From NCBI GenBank assembly GCA_045863395.1, contig BTVJ01000007.1, positions 1 through 64,000 of the forward strand: a stretch of DNA of 64,000 nt, in the 5' to 3' direction. Within the stretch, counting starts at the first letter, position 1, and each line of letters opens with the position of its first letter. This DNA comes from Myxococcales bacterium (GTDB lineage Bacteria > Myxococcota_A > UBA9042 > JABWCM01 > BTVJ01). The notes under the pieces were generated by a model. That model was given only the letters and a program-made list of their open reading frames with translations. It did not search any database and was not told where the DNA came from. This document shows positions 46,724-56,281 of the stretch, piece by piece. The position numbers and the translations under genes are program-made.

Positions 46724-48076
46724 ATGAGCGCGACGGATGCAACACCCTTCGAGCCGCTCCTCCCCGCGCTAGTCACCGAGGTGCCCGGGCCAGGATCGCG
46801 GACCCTGGCGGCCCGGCTCCAGCGCGTCGAGAGCCGCAACGTGACGTGGGTCGCCCCCGACGGCTCCTTTCCCGTGTTCTGGGAGAGGGCGGCTGGGTCC
46901 AACGTCTGGGACGTGGACGGCAACCGCTACCTGGACCTGACCGCCGCATTCGGCGTGGCGTCGTGCGGGCACGGGCACCCGCGGGTGGTCGAGGCGCTGA
47001 TCGCGCAGGCGCGCAAGCTGCTGCACGGCATGGGCGACGTCCACCCGTCGGCGGTCAAGGTGGAGCTGTGCGAGCGGCTCGCGGCCCTCGCGCCGGGCGA
47101 CCTCGGCCACGCGATCCTCGGGTGCAACGGGGCCGACGCCGTCGAGGCCGCCCTGAAGACGGCGCTCCTTCACACGGGCCGTCCCGCGGTCATTGCCTTC
47201 GCGGGCGGCTACCACGGGCTGACCGGGGGGGCGCTGAGCGTGACGTCCTTCGAGCGCTTCCGGCGCCCGTTCGAGGGGCTGTTGGCGGAGCGCACCACCT
47301 TCCTCCCGTACCCCGACCCGATGCACCCGGTCACCGGAGTGGAGCCTGAGAGGATCGGCGACCACGTCCTCTCGCTGGTCCGGGCGCGCCTGGACGACCG
47401 GCGCGCGCCCGTCGGTGCGATCATCGTGGAGCCGGTGCAGGGGCGCGGCGGCGAGGTCGTGCCGCCCGCGGGGTTCCTGCGGGGCCTCCGGGAGCTGTGC
47501 GACGGGCGCGAGACGGTGCTCATCGCCGACGAGATCTACACGGGGCTCGGGCGCACGGGCGCGCTCTGGGCCTGCGACCACGAGGGGGTCGTGCCGGACC
47601 TCCTGTGCGTCGGCAAGGCCCTGAGCAACGGCATGCCCCTGTCGGCCTGCCTCGGGCGGCCCTCCGTGATGGAGGCCTGGCCCCCGTCGCAGGGGGAGGC
47701 CATCCACACCAGCACGTTCCTCGGCCACCCTGGCGCCTGCGCGGCAGCCCTGGCCGCCCTGGACGTGATCGGCGAGGGGTTGCCGCAGCGCGCGGCGGCG
47801 CTCGGGGGGCGGCTCTGCGAGCGGCTCAGGGGGCGCCTGGGGGAGCGGGTGCGTGGGAGGGGGCTGCTGGTCGGCGTCGAGCTCACCGGCGGCGGGGCTC
47901 CCGACGCCCGTGGTGCGGCCGAGGTCATGATGGGCGCGCTGCGGCGGGGCGTCCTGGTCCTCCCGTCGGGCACCTCGGGCAACGTGGTCGCGTTCTCTCC
48001 GCCGCTGACCATCGACGAGGGCCAGCTCCTCTGGGGGGCGGACGTGGTCGCCGACTGCATCCTGGCGCTGCCGTGA
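46724..48076 (+). CDS. Class III PLP-dependent aminotransferase (omega-amino type)
   Basis: WDVDGNRYLD, GGYHG, IVEPVQGRGG, LIADEIYTGLGRTG, PDLLCVGKALSNG. Confidence 0.92.
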   Translation: MSATDATPFEPLLPALVTEVPGPGSRTLAARLQRVESRNVTWVAPDGSFPVFWERAAGSNVWDVDGNRYLDLTAAFGVASCGHGHPRVVEALIAQARKLLHGMGDVHPSAVKVELCERLAALAPGDLGHAILGCNGADAVEAALKTALLHTGRPAVIAFAGGYHGLTGGALSVTSFERFRRPFEGLLAERTTFLPYPDPMHPVTGVEPERIGDHVLSLVRARLDDRRAPVGAIIVEPVQGRGGEVVPPAGFLRGLRELCDGRETVLIADEIYTGLGRTGALWACDHEGVVPDLLCVGKALSNGMPLSACLGRPSVMEAWPPSQGEAIHTSTFLGHPGACAAALAALDVIGEGLPQRAAALGGRLCERLRGRLGERVRGRGLLVGVELTGGGAPDARGAAEVMMGALRRGVLVLPSGTSGNVVAFSPPLTIDEGQLLWGADVVADCILALP

Positions 48077-50430
48077 GCCGGCAGGCGGAGGCGCGGGCCC
48101 TGGATGGGCGCATCATGGCCCTGATCGCCAGGGGCGCCCGCGCGCCCTTCGAAGAGGCCGCCTTCGACGCGCTGGCGCGGGACCTGCTGCTGCACCAGGT
48201 CGCCCACGGAGACGTGATGGGACCGTGGTGTGTCTCGCAGGGGGTGAATCCCGAGCGCATCGCATCGTGGCGAGACATCCCTCCGCTGCCCGCGCTGGCC
48301 TTCAAGTCGCTACGGGTGGCCGCCTTTCCCCCAGGGGAGGCGGTGGCGACGTGGTGGACCAGCGGGACCACCGGAGCCGGTCGGGGCGCACACGAGGTGG
48401 ACACCATCGATCTTTACAGGGAGGGGAGCCTCGCCGCCTTCGAGGCGGCGCTGCTGCCCGACGGGGTCCGCCTGCCTGCCCTGATCCTGGCGCCCTCGCC
48501 AGCGGAGGCTCCCCACTCGTCGCTGTCCGCCATGTGCGGGTGGGTCGCGGAGCGCTTTGCGGCCGGCGCCGAGTGGCTGATGCGCGGGGCGCTGGACGAA
48601 GGCGCCGTGATCGAGGCGCTCGAGCGCCAAGTCGGGCCCGTGCTGCTTCTCGGCACGTCCTTCGCCTTCGTCATGCTCTGTGACCGGCTCGCAGGCGAGA
48701 GGCGGCGGTTGCGGCTCCCCCCGGGGAGCCGGGCCATGGAGACCGGGGGCACCAAGGGGCGCACTCGCGAGGTGGAGCGGGCGGAGCTGGTCGATGCCAT
48801 CGTCGACCGGCTGGGCCTCCTTCCCTCTCACGTGGTCAACGAGTACGGCATGACCGAGCTGTCCAGCCAGCTCTACACGGGGTCGCTGGCCGGGGCGTGC
48901 GGCTCGCCGTTGGGGGGTGAGGTGCGCCGATGGTGGGCGCCGCCGTGGCTCCGTGCGCGAGCTCTGGATCCAGACACGCTGGAGGATGTGCCTGCTGGTC
49001 GCGTCGGTGTGCTGGCCCTGGTGGACGTGCTCAACCGGGGCTCGGCCGTAGCCGTCCGCACGGCGGATCGCGGCATCGTCCACCTGGACGGCTCCGTGGA
49101 GGTCCTCGGGCGTGCCCGCGGGGTCGAGGCCCGCGGGTGCTCGCTGGTCCACACGCCGCGGGCGGCGCATGTGGCGTCGGCGGAGCCGCCAGCGGCCGTG
49201 ACCGACGCCGCGGAGGCCCTGATCACCGCGCGTGAGGCCATCGCAGGGCGCAGCGTCGCGTCCATCGCGGAGTCGCTGGGGCGGGTGTCCGCCCGGTGGC
49301 TGGACCCGGCGGATCCACTCAGGAGAGAGGCCCTCGCCACGCTGCCCGAGACCACCGGGCTGTCCCCGGAGGTGCTCGCCGCCGGGCTGGATCTCTCCTT
49401 TGGGGAGTGGACCACAGAGGCGCTGCGCGGCCTCGTGCGGGCCGAGCTGGGCGCGGACGAGCCCCTTGATCGTTGGCAGCCCTGGGGCACCGGCCTGACC
49501 CGCCCGACGGGGCCACGGCTGACGCTGGTGGTCGGTGCGGGGAACCTCCCCGCTCCTCTGGCTCTCGACGTGAGCTGCGCCCTGCTGCTGCGTAGCGCCG
49601 TGCTGGTGAAGCCTCCGTCGGACGAGCCGCGCTTCGCGGCCCTCGTCCGTCGCGCCATCCTCGAGGTGGACCCCGATCTCGGGGCGTGTGTGGCCGTGCG
49701 GAGCTGGCCCGGCGGCTCGGTCGCTCACGAGGACGCGGTCCTGGCAGTGGCCGACGCGGTGATCGCCACGGGTGAGGATGAGGCGGTGCTCGCTCTGCGG
49801 CGCCGGGCTCCCCTGGCGACGCGCTTCATCGCGCGCGGGGCTCGCCTGTCCGTGGGCCTCATCGCGCGGGAGGCCGTGGCCGACCCGACGCTTCCGGCGC
49901 GCATGGCGGTGGACACCCTGCTCTGGGATCAGCGGGGCTGCTTGTCCCCTGTCGCCTGGCTCGTCGAGGGCGACGTGGACCGCCTGGCGGTGGCGCTGGA
50001 TGAGGCATTGGCAGCGCTGCACCCGGCCCTGCCACACCTCCCGGGGGCGGTGGACGCCCGGATCGCGGCGCTGGAGGATCGCGCCGCGGCGGACGTCCGG
50101 CAGATGTCGGGTGAGCCCGTGCGGCGGGTGGGGCGTGTCGTGGTCGATGGCGGGCCGCTGCGGCCGCTTGCCGGTCGCCAGGCGCTGCTCCACCCCGTCG
50201 GCGACCTGCGGGAGGCGCCGGCCGCGCTCGCGCCGTGGCGTGGTCGCCTGTCCAACGTGGTGCTCGCCCTCCCGCCCGAGCGGCAGGGCGCGCTCGTGGC
50301 GTCCCTGCTCTCCCTGGCGCCGACGCGCCTGTGCGCTGTTGGAGCGGCGCAGCAGCCTCCGGCGAATCACCATCACGACGGTGACCCGGTGCTCCTGCCT
50401 CTTGTTCGATGGACGGATTTGCAACCGTAG
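48073..50430 (+). CDS. Fused LuxE-like acyl-protein synthetase and LuxC-like acyl-CoA/acyl-protein reductase
   Basis: N-half: IPPLPALAFK, TSGTT, METGGTKG, NEYGMTELSSQ, VLGRARGVEARGCSL. C-half: GAGNLP, LVKPPS, VIATGED, DQRGCLSP. GTG start overlaps the aminotransferase stop (GTGA). Confidence 0.82.
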   Translation: MSRQAEARALDGRIMALIARGARAPFEEAAFDALARDLLLHQVAHGDVMGPWCVSQGVNPERIASWRDIPPLPALAFKSLRVAAFPPGEAVATWWTSGTTGAGRGAHEVDTIDLYREGSLAAFEAALLPDGVRLPALILAPSPAEAPHSSLSAMCGWVAERFAAGAEWLMRGALDEGAVIEALERQVGPVLLLGTSFAFVMLCDRLAGERRRLRLPPGSRAMETGGTKGRTREVERAELVDAIVDRLGLLPSHVVNEYGMTELSSQLYTGSLAGACGSPLGGEVRRWWAPPWLRARALDPDTLEDVPAGRVGVLALVDVLNRGSAVAVRTADRGIVHLDGSVEVLGRARGVEARGCSLVHTPRAAHVASAEPPAAVTDAAEALITAREAIAGRSVASIAESLGRVSARWLDPADPLRREALATLPETTGLSPEVLAAGLDLSFGEWTTEALRGLVRAELGADEPLDRWQPWGTGLTRPTGPRLTLVVGAGNLPAPLALDVSCALLLRSAVLVKPPSDEPRFAALVRRAILEVDPDLGACVAVRSWPGGSVAHEDAVLAVADAVIATGEDEAVLALRRRAPLATRFIARGARLSVGLIAREAVADPTLPARMAVDTLLWDQRGCLSPVAWLVEGDVDRLAVALDEALAALHPALPHLPGAVDARIAALEDRAAADVRQMSGEPVRRVGRVVVDGGPLRPLAGRQALLHPVGDLREAPAALAPWRGRLSNVVLALPPERQGALVASLLSLAPTRLCAVGAAQQPPANHHHDGDPVLLPLVRWTDLQP

Positions 50431-50434
50431 CATT

Positions 50435-50448
50435 TGTAACTGGTTACA
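50435..50448. promoter_or_regulatory. 14-bp palindrome TGTAAC-TG-GTTACA, candidate operator
   Basis: Read directly; resembles LacI-family operators; upstream of TTGACG-17-TAGAAG (50504-50532). Confidence 0.4.
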
Positions 50449-50558
50449 CGTTGGCGCGTTCTTCTTGCGATCCCACTGCATCGTTGCGGCGTCTGAGTCG
50501 TCGTTGACGGCGGGGCCGCGGGGGCCTAGAAGTCAAGATGCCCATAGGGAGGACCAGC

Positions 50559-51641
50559 ATGATCAGGACGCGAGCCAACGCGACGACGAGCACACGGACC
50601 GACGCGGAGCGGCTCACCCTCCTACTGGTCGACGACGATCTTCCGGTCCTCGCGATGCTGGAGCGCAAGCTCGGCGTGGACTACCGGGTCATCGCCCTGG
50701 AGACGTCGGAGCAGGCGCTCGACGTGCTGCGGAGGGAGGAGGTCGCGATCCTTCTGGTCGATCAGGTGCTGACCACGAGCCGCATGCAAGGAGACGCGCT
50801 GCTCGCCGCCGCCCAGGAGGTGAGCCCGGGGTCCGTCGGCATTCTCTTCAGCGGCGGAGCGGAGGCGGACGACGTGGTCCGCGCCATCAACGCAGGCCAC
50901 ATCTACGCCTATGTCCGCAAGCCCTGGAGCGACGCGGAGTTGCAGTCCACCCTGTCCCGGGCGGCGCGGACCTGGCAGCTCGCCCGAGACAACCGACGCC
51001 TGGTCCGCGAGCTGGCGGAGCTGAACGCTCAGCTCGAGGAGCGAATCCGCGCGGCCACCGCCGAGCTGGAGACCAAGAACGAGCGCCTGGAGGAGCTGAC
51101 GGCCTCGCTGGAGGAGAAGAACCGCCTGCTCGGCGAGCTGGCGGTCACGGACGAGCTCACGGGCCTCTACAACCGCCGCTATGCGCGGGTGCGCCTCGAA
51201 GACGAGCTGCGGCGCCACGAGCGATACGCGCCGGCGCTTGCGTGCATCCTCCTCGACATCGACGACTTCAAGGCGGTCAACGACACCTACGGGCACGGGG
51301 TGGGGGATCGTGTCCTCGTTGCGGTCTCGGACGTCATCCGCAACACGGTACGTCGCACGGACGTCGCCGCCCGCTACGGGGGCGAGGAGCTCCTGGTCGT
51401 CTGTCCGTCGACGGGCCTGGAGGGGGCGGTCGTGCTGGCGGAGCGCTTGCGCGTGGGCATCGCGGAGGTGATCGTCGACGCCGGCGAGGGCCGGACGGTG
51501 CGGGTGACGACGAGCGCTGGGGTCGCGACGACCGCCAACGTCCATGCCGACGCCGACGGCTTCCTCGCGGCTGCTGACACGGCGCTCTATGAGGCCAAGC
51601 ACGCGGGCAAGGATCGGGTGGTGGTCGCGCGCCCCCGTTGA
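50559..51641 (+). CDS. Response-regulator receiver, coiled coil and diguanylate cyclase (GGDEF domain)
   Basis: LLVDDD, LLVDQ, KPW; TDELTGLYNRR, DIDDFKAVND, RRTD I-site, RYGGEEL; GGGAGG RBS before ATG 50559. Confidence 0.92.
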   Translation: MIRTRANATTSTRTDAERLTLLLVDDDLPVLAMLERKLGVDYRVIALETSEQALDVLRREEVAILLVDQVLTTSRMQGDALLAAAQEVSPGSVGILFSGGAEADDVVRAINAGHIYAYVRKPWSDAELQSTLSRAARTWQLARDNRRLVRELAELNAQLEERIRAATAELETKNERLEELTASLEEKNRLLGELAVTDELTGLYNRRYARVRLEDELRRHERYAPALACILLDIDDFKAVNDTYGHGVGDRVLVAVSDVIRNTVRRTDVAARYGGEELLVVCPSTGLEGAVVLAERLRVGIAEVIVDAGEGRTVRVTTSAGVATTANVHADADGFLAAADTALYEAKHAGKDRVVVARPR

Positions 51642-51659
51642 CAGGCGACGACGAGCCCC

Positions 51660-51959
51660 TCAGGGGCACGGACGGGGGACGCAGTTCCCGCCGGAGCACT
51701 GGCCTCCGCAGCCAGGCGCCTCGGATACGCAGGGCGCCCCGTCAGGCGCAAACTCCACATGGCACCCACCTGTGGTCGTGTCGCAGCGGGCGGCTCGGCA
51801 GGGCGGGAGTCCGGGGAGGACGGCGGCGCAGATGGCGTCTCCGTCGCATCCAGCCTCGCTCACCGTGGGTGGGGTGCCCGTGTCCGCAGCGGACGTGTCG
51901 GAAGGGGAGAGGTCGCCGCGGCAGGCGCCCAGCAAGAGCAGGAGGGCGAGGCGACGCAT
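51660..51959 (-). CDS. Small Cys-rich lipoprotein
   Basis: MRRLALLLLLGAC lipobox; about 10 Cys in the mature part. Confidence 0.65.
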   Translation of the reverse strand: MRRLALLLLLGACRGDLSPSDTSAADTGTPPTVSEAGCDGDAICAAVLPGLPPCRAARCDTTTGGCHVEFAPDGAPCVSEAPGCGGQCSGGNCVPRPCP

Positions 51960-51962
51960 GGC

Positions 51963-52211
51963 TCAGCGGGGGAAGATGTCCGACATGGTGCGGCCCTTCT
52001 TGCGGGCCGGGCCCTTGCCCGCGCGCTCCATCACCCGGGTGTCGATGCGCATGTTCGGGGGGACGGTCTTCTTCCTGTCCTGGTCGTCTCCGGGCAGGGG
52101 GGGCTCCATCAGCTCGGAGGACACGACCCGCGCCGTCACCCGCTGCACCGCCCCCACGATGACGTAGCGCGCGTCCTCCTGGCTCTCGTCGGGCTGCTGC
52201 TCGTCGGCCAT
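51963..52211 (-). CDS. Small hypothetical protein (82 aa)
   Basis: Fills the gap upstream of the lipoprotein; good upstream promoter. Confidence 0.55.
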   Translation of the reverse strand: MADEQQPDESQEDARYVIVGAVQRVTARVVSSELMEPPLPGDDQDRKKTVPPNMRIDTRVMERAGKGPARKKGRTMSDIFPR

Positions 52212-52246
52212 GGCTCACTCACAGGTCCCCCGCGTGACGGACGTCC

Positions 52247-52275
52247 ATCCTAGCCTTGAGCCTCAGGGCGGTCAA
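52247..52275 (-). promoter_or_regulatory. sigma70-type promoter divergent from groES
   Basis: TTGACC-17 nt-TAGGAT on the minus strand. Confidence 0.65.
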
Positions 52276-52312
52276 CGCGGTCGGGGGGCGAGGAAAATTG
52301 TGTGTGGCGCCC

Positions 52313-52341
52313 CTTGACGGTCGGGAACCCTCGCATAAGTT
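52313..52341 (+). promoter_or_regulatory. Putative groES-groEL promoter (sigma70- or sigma32-like)
   Basis: CTTGACG...TCGCATAAGTT (TTGACG-16-TAAGTT). Confidence 0.45.
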
Positions 52342-52441
52342 GGGCCCCGGATTCCGGCCCTGGGGGGCAAGACACACGACGACGAGCGGCGCGACCCGGA
52401 GGGCGTGTCCGCGAGTACCTACGAAGCCCAAGGAGGAGAGC

Positions 52442-54401
<1,960 letters not shown>

Positions 54402-54432
54402 TCCGGGGCTCGAGTGGCTGATCGCGCTGGGC

Positions 54433-54464
54433 CGGCAGGTGCCTCCTTTCCGGGGGGATGTGCC
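54433..54464. terminator. GC-rich hairpin between convergent groEL and the downstream gene
   Basis: cggcaggtgcctcc-tttccg-gggggatgtgccg, imperfect stem; no clear U-tract. Confidence 0.35.
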
Positions 54465-54557
54465 GGCCCTTCGCGTTTCTGGAGGGCGGAGGGTCGCGGG
54501 GATGTCCACGTGGGGACACGCCCGCGGTCGGCTTGCCGTTCAGCGGGCATCGACGGT

Positions 54558-55268
54558 CTACTTCGCCTTCATGCGCTCGGGGCCGACCCACTCATCCCAG
54601 CTCGAGTCGTAGTTGTCATAGTGGATCTTGTACTTGCCATCCTTCGCCTCGAGGATGGAGGCCGGGAACCAGGAGCCCTTCCACTCCACCTGGAGCGCGT
54701 CGCCGACACTCCAGGAGCCAGCGGGGGCTGCCGGTGCCGCGGCGGCGCCGCCTGAGGACTTCGCGCCGATGCGGTCGCCGCACACGGGGCTCAGGGCCCT
54801 GCCTTGCTCCTTGAGGCAGGCGCGGATGCGGCCGCCGCCCGGCGCGGTGCCCTTGCAGAACTTCTGGATGTCGCCGGCGCACGGGCCGGTCGTGATCATG
54901 CGCTTCTCGAGGTCCTCGTCGATCACAGACTTGCAGGCGTCGGACAGGGCGTAGTGCTTCTTCTCGAGGCAGGTGAGGATGCGGCCCTTGCCCGACTCGA
55001 CGCCGGTGCAGTGCTTGGCCACGTCACCGTCGCAGGCCGCGGCCCACGCCGAGTGGCGGGCGGCCTTGTCGCCGCGGAGCTTGCGGCAGCCGTCGGACAG
55101 CTTGTCCACGTTCTTGTCGAGGCAGGCCTTCACGCGGCCGCCGCCGGCCTTCACGCCCTTGCAGAACTTCGCGATGTCGTTGGCGCACGGGCTCGCTGCG
55201 CTGGCCGTGGTCGCGGCGCCAAGGACAACGCTGAGCGCCAGGGCGGCCATGAGGATCATGCGGTTCAT
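54558..55268 (-). CDS. Secreted protein with three cysteine-rich (GLG1-like) repeats and a C-terminal Tudor/Agenet-like domain
   Basis: Signal peptide; C..D..KFC.G...G.GR...CL x3; [38 protein letters not shown]. Confidence 0.8.
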   Translation of the reverse strand: MNRMILMAALALSVVLGAATTASAASPCANDIAKFCKGVKAGGGRVKACLDKNVDKLSDGCRKLRGDKAARHSAWAAACDGDVAKHCTGVESGKGRILTCLEKKHYALSDACKSVIDEDLEKRMITTGPCAGDIQKFCKGTAPGGGRIRACLKEQGRALSPVCGDRIGAKSSGGAAAAPAAPAGSWSVGDALQVEWKGSWFPASILEAKDGKYKIHYDNYDSSWDEWVGPERMKAK

Positions 55269-55417
55269 CGTCACTCCTGTGTGCCCGGACGTCCGGGGCT
55301 GCTGGTTCAAGAGACGGCGCGAGAGTAGCCCGAGCGGCCCGGATTGAAAAGCCCTCGCCGGTTGCCCGTCGGGGGGATCTGTGGCAAGGATCACGGCGTC
55401 AGGAGTTGGAGGGTCAC

Positions 55418-56281
55418 ATGGAGCGGCGGATCTCGGCGATCTCGGGGAACTCTCAGCGGTTGGACGGCGGCGCCATGTTCGGCAACGCGCCGCGCGCGCT
55501 GTGGCAGCGCTGGATCGAGCCGGATGAGCGGCACCGCATCCCGCTGGCGTGTCGCGCCATGCTGGTGGAGGAGCCTGGGCGGCGCGTGCTCCTGGAGACG
55601 GGCATCGGCGCATTCTTCGCGCCCGACCTGCGCGACCGCTACGGGGTGCTCGAGGAGCGCCACGTGCTGCTCGACTCGCTCGCGGCGCTCGGGCTGTCCC
55701 ACGAGGACATCGACGTGGTGGTGCTCTCCCACCTGCACTTCGACCACGCGGGGGGGTGTCTGGCGCCGTGGGAGCAGGGCGCTCCGGCGCGCCTCTTGTT
55801 CCCCAACGCGACGTTCCTGGTCTCCGCGGTCCACTGGGAGCGGGCCCTGGCCCCCCATGCTCGGGACCGTGCCTCGTTCGTGCCCGAGCTCAACGCGCTC
55901 CTGCTCGCGTCCGGGCGCCTGGTGCTGGAGCGGAGCGAGCGGAGCGCGGTGCTGGGCGAGGGGTGGCGCTTTCACGCCAGCGACGGGCACACCCCGGGGC
56001 TGATGCTGACCGAGGTGGAGCTCCCCGGGGGGCCCGTGCTCTTCGCGGCGGATCTGATCCCCGGGACCGCCTGGGTGCACACCCCAATCACGATGGGCTA
56101 CGACCGCTTCCCCGAGCGCCTCATCGACGAGAAGCAGGCCCTGCTGGCTGACCTGGTCGCTCGCGGCGGGCGCCTCTTCTATACGCATGATCCTGCGGTC
56201 GCCCTCTCTGGGGTGGCGAGGGACGAGCGCGGGCGGTTCTCCGCGACGGACCTGGTCGCGGCGCCGGTTCGTGTCCACTGA
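55418..56281 (+). CDS. MBL-fold metallo-hydrolase (YtnP-like)
   Basis: [36 protein letters not shown]. Confidence 0.88.
   Translation: MERRISAISGNSQRLDGGAMFGNAPRALWQRWIEPDERHRIPLACRAMLVEEPGRRVLLETGIGAFFAPDLRDRYGVLEERHVLLDSLAALGLSHEDIDVVVLSHLHFDHAGGCLAPWEQGAPARLLFPNATFLVSAVHWERALAPHARDRASFVPELNALLLASGRLVLERSERSAVLGEGWRFHASDGHTPGLMLTEVELPGGPVLFAADLIPGTAWVHTPITMGYDRFPERLIDEKQALLADLVARGGRLFYTHDPAVALSGVARDERGRFSATDLVAAPVRVH

Noticed and set aside
47497..48072. N-terminal extension of the LuxE-LuxC ORF
   Set aside because: Lies within the aminotransferase gene; the GTGA overlap at 48073 is the more plausible start
46724..50430. Bioluminescence (lux) operon
   Set aside because: No luxA/luxB luciferase or luxD in the window; luxC/E homologues are widespread in non-luminous bacteria
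50451..50470. sigma54 promoter (TGGCGCG...TTGC) upstream of the diguanylate cyclase
   Set aside because: GG-to-GC spacing is 12 nt rather than the required 10
52340..52441. CIRCE element before groES
   Set aside because: No TTAGCACTC-N9-GAGTGCTAA match; only a vague half-site (GAGTACCTA)
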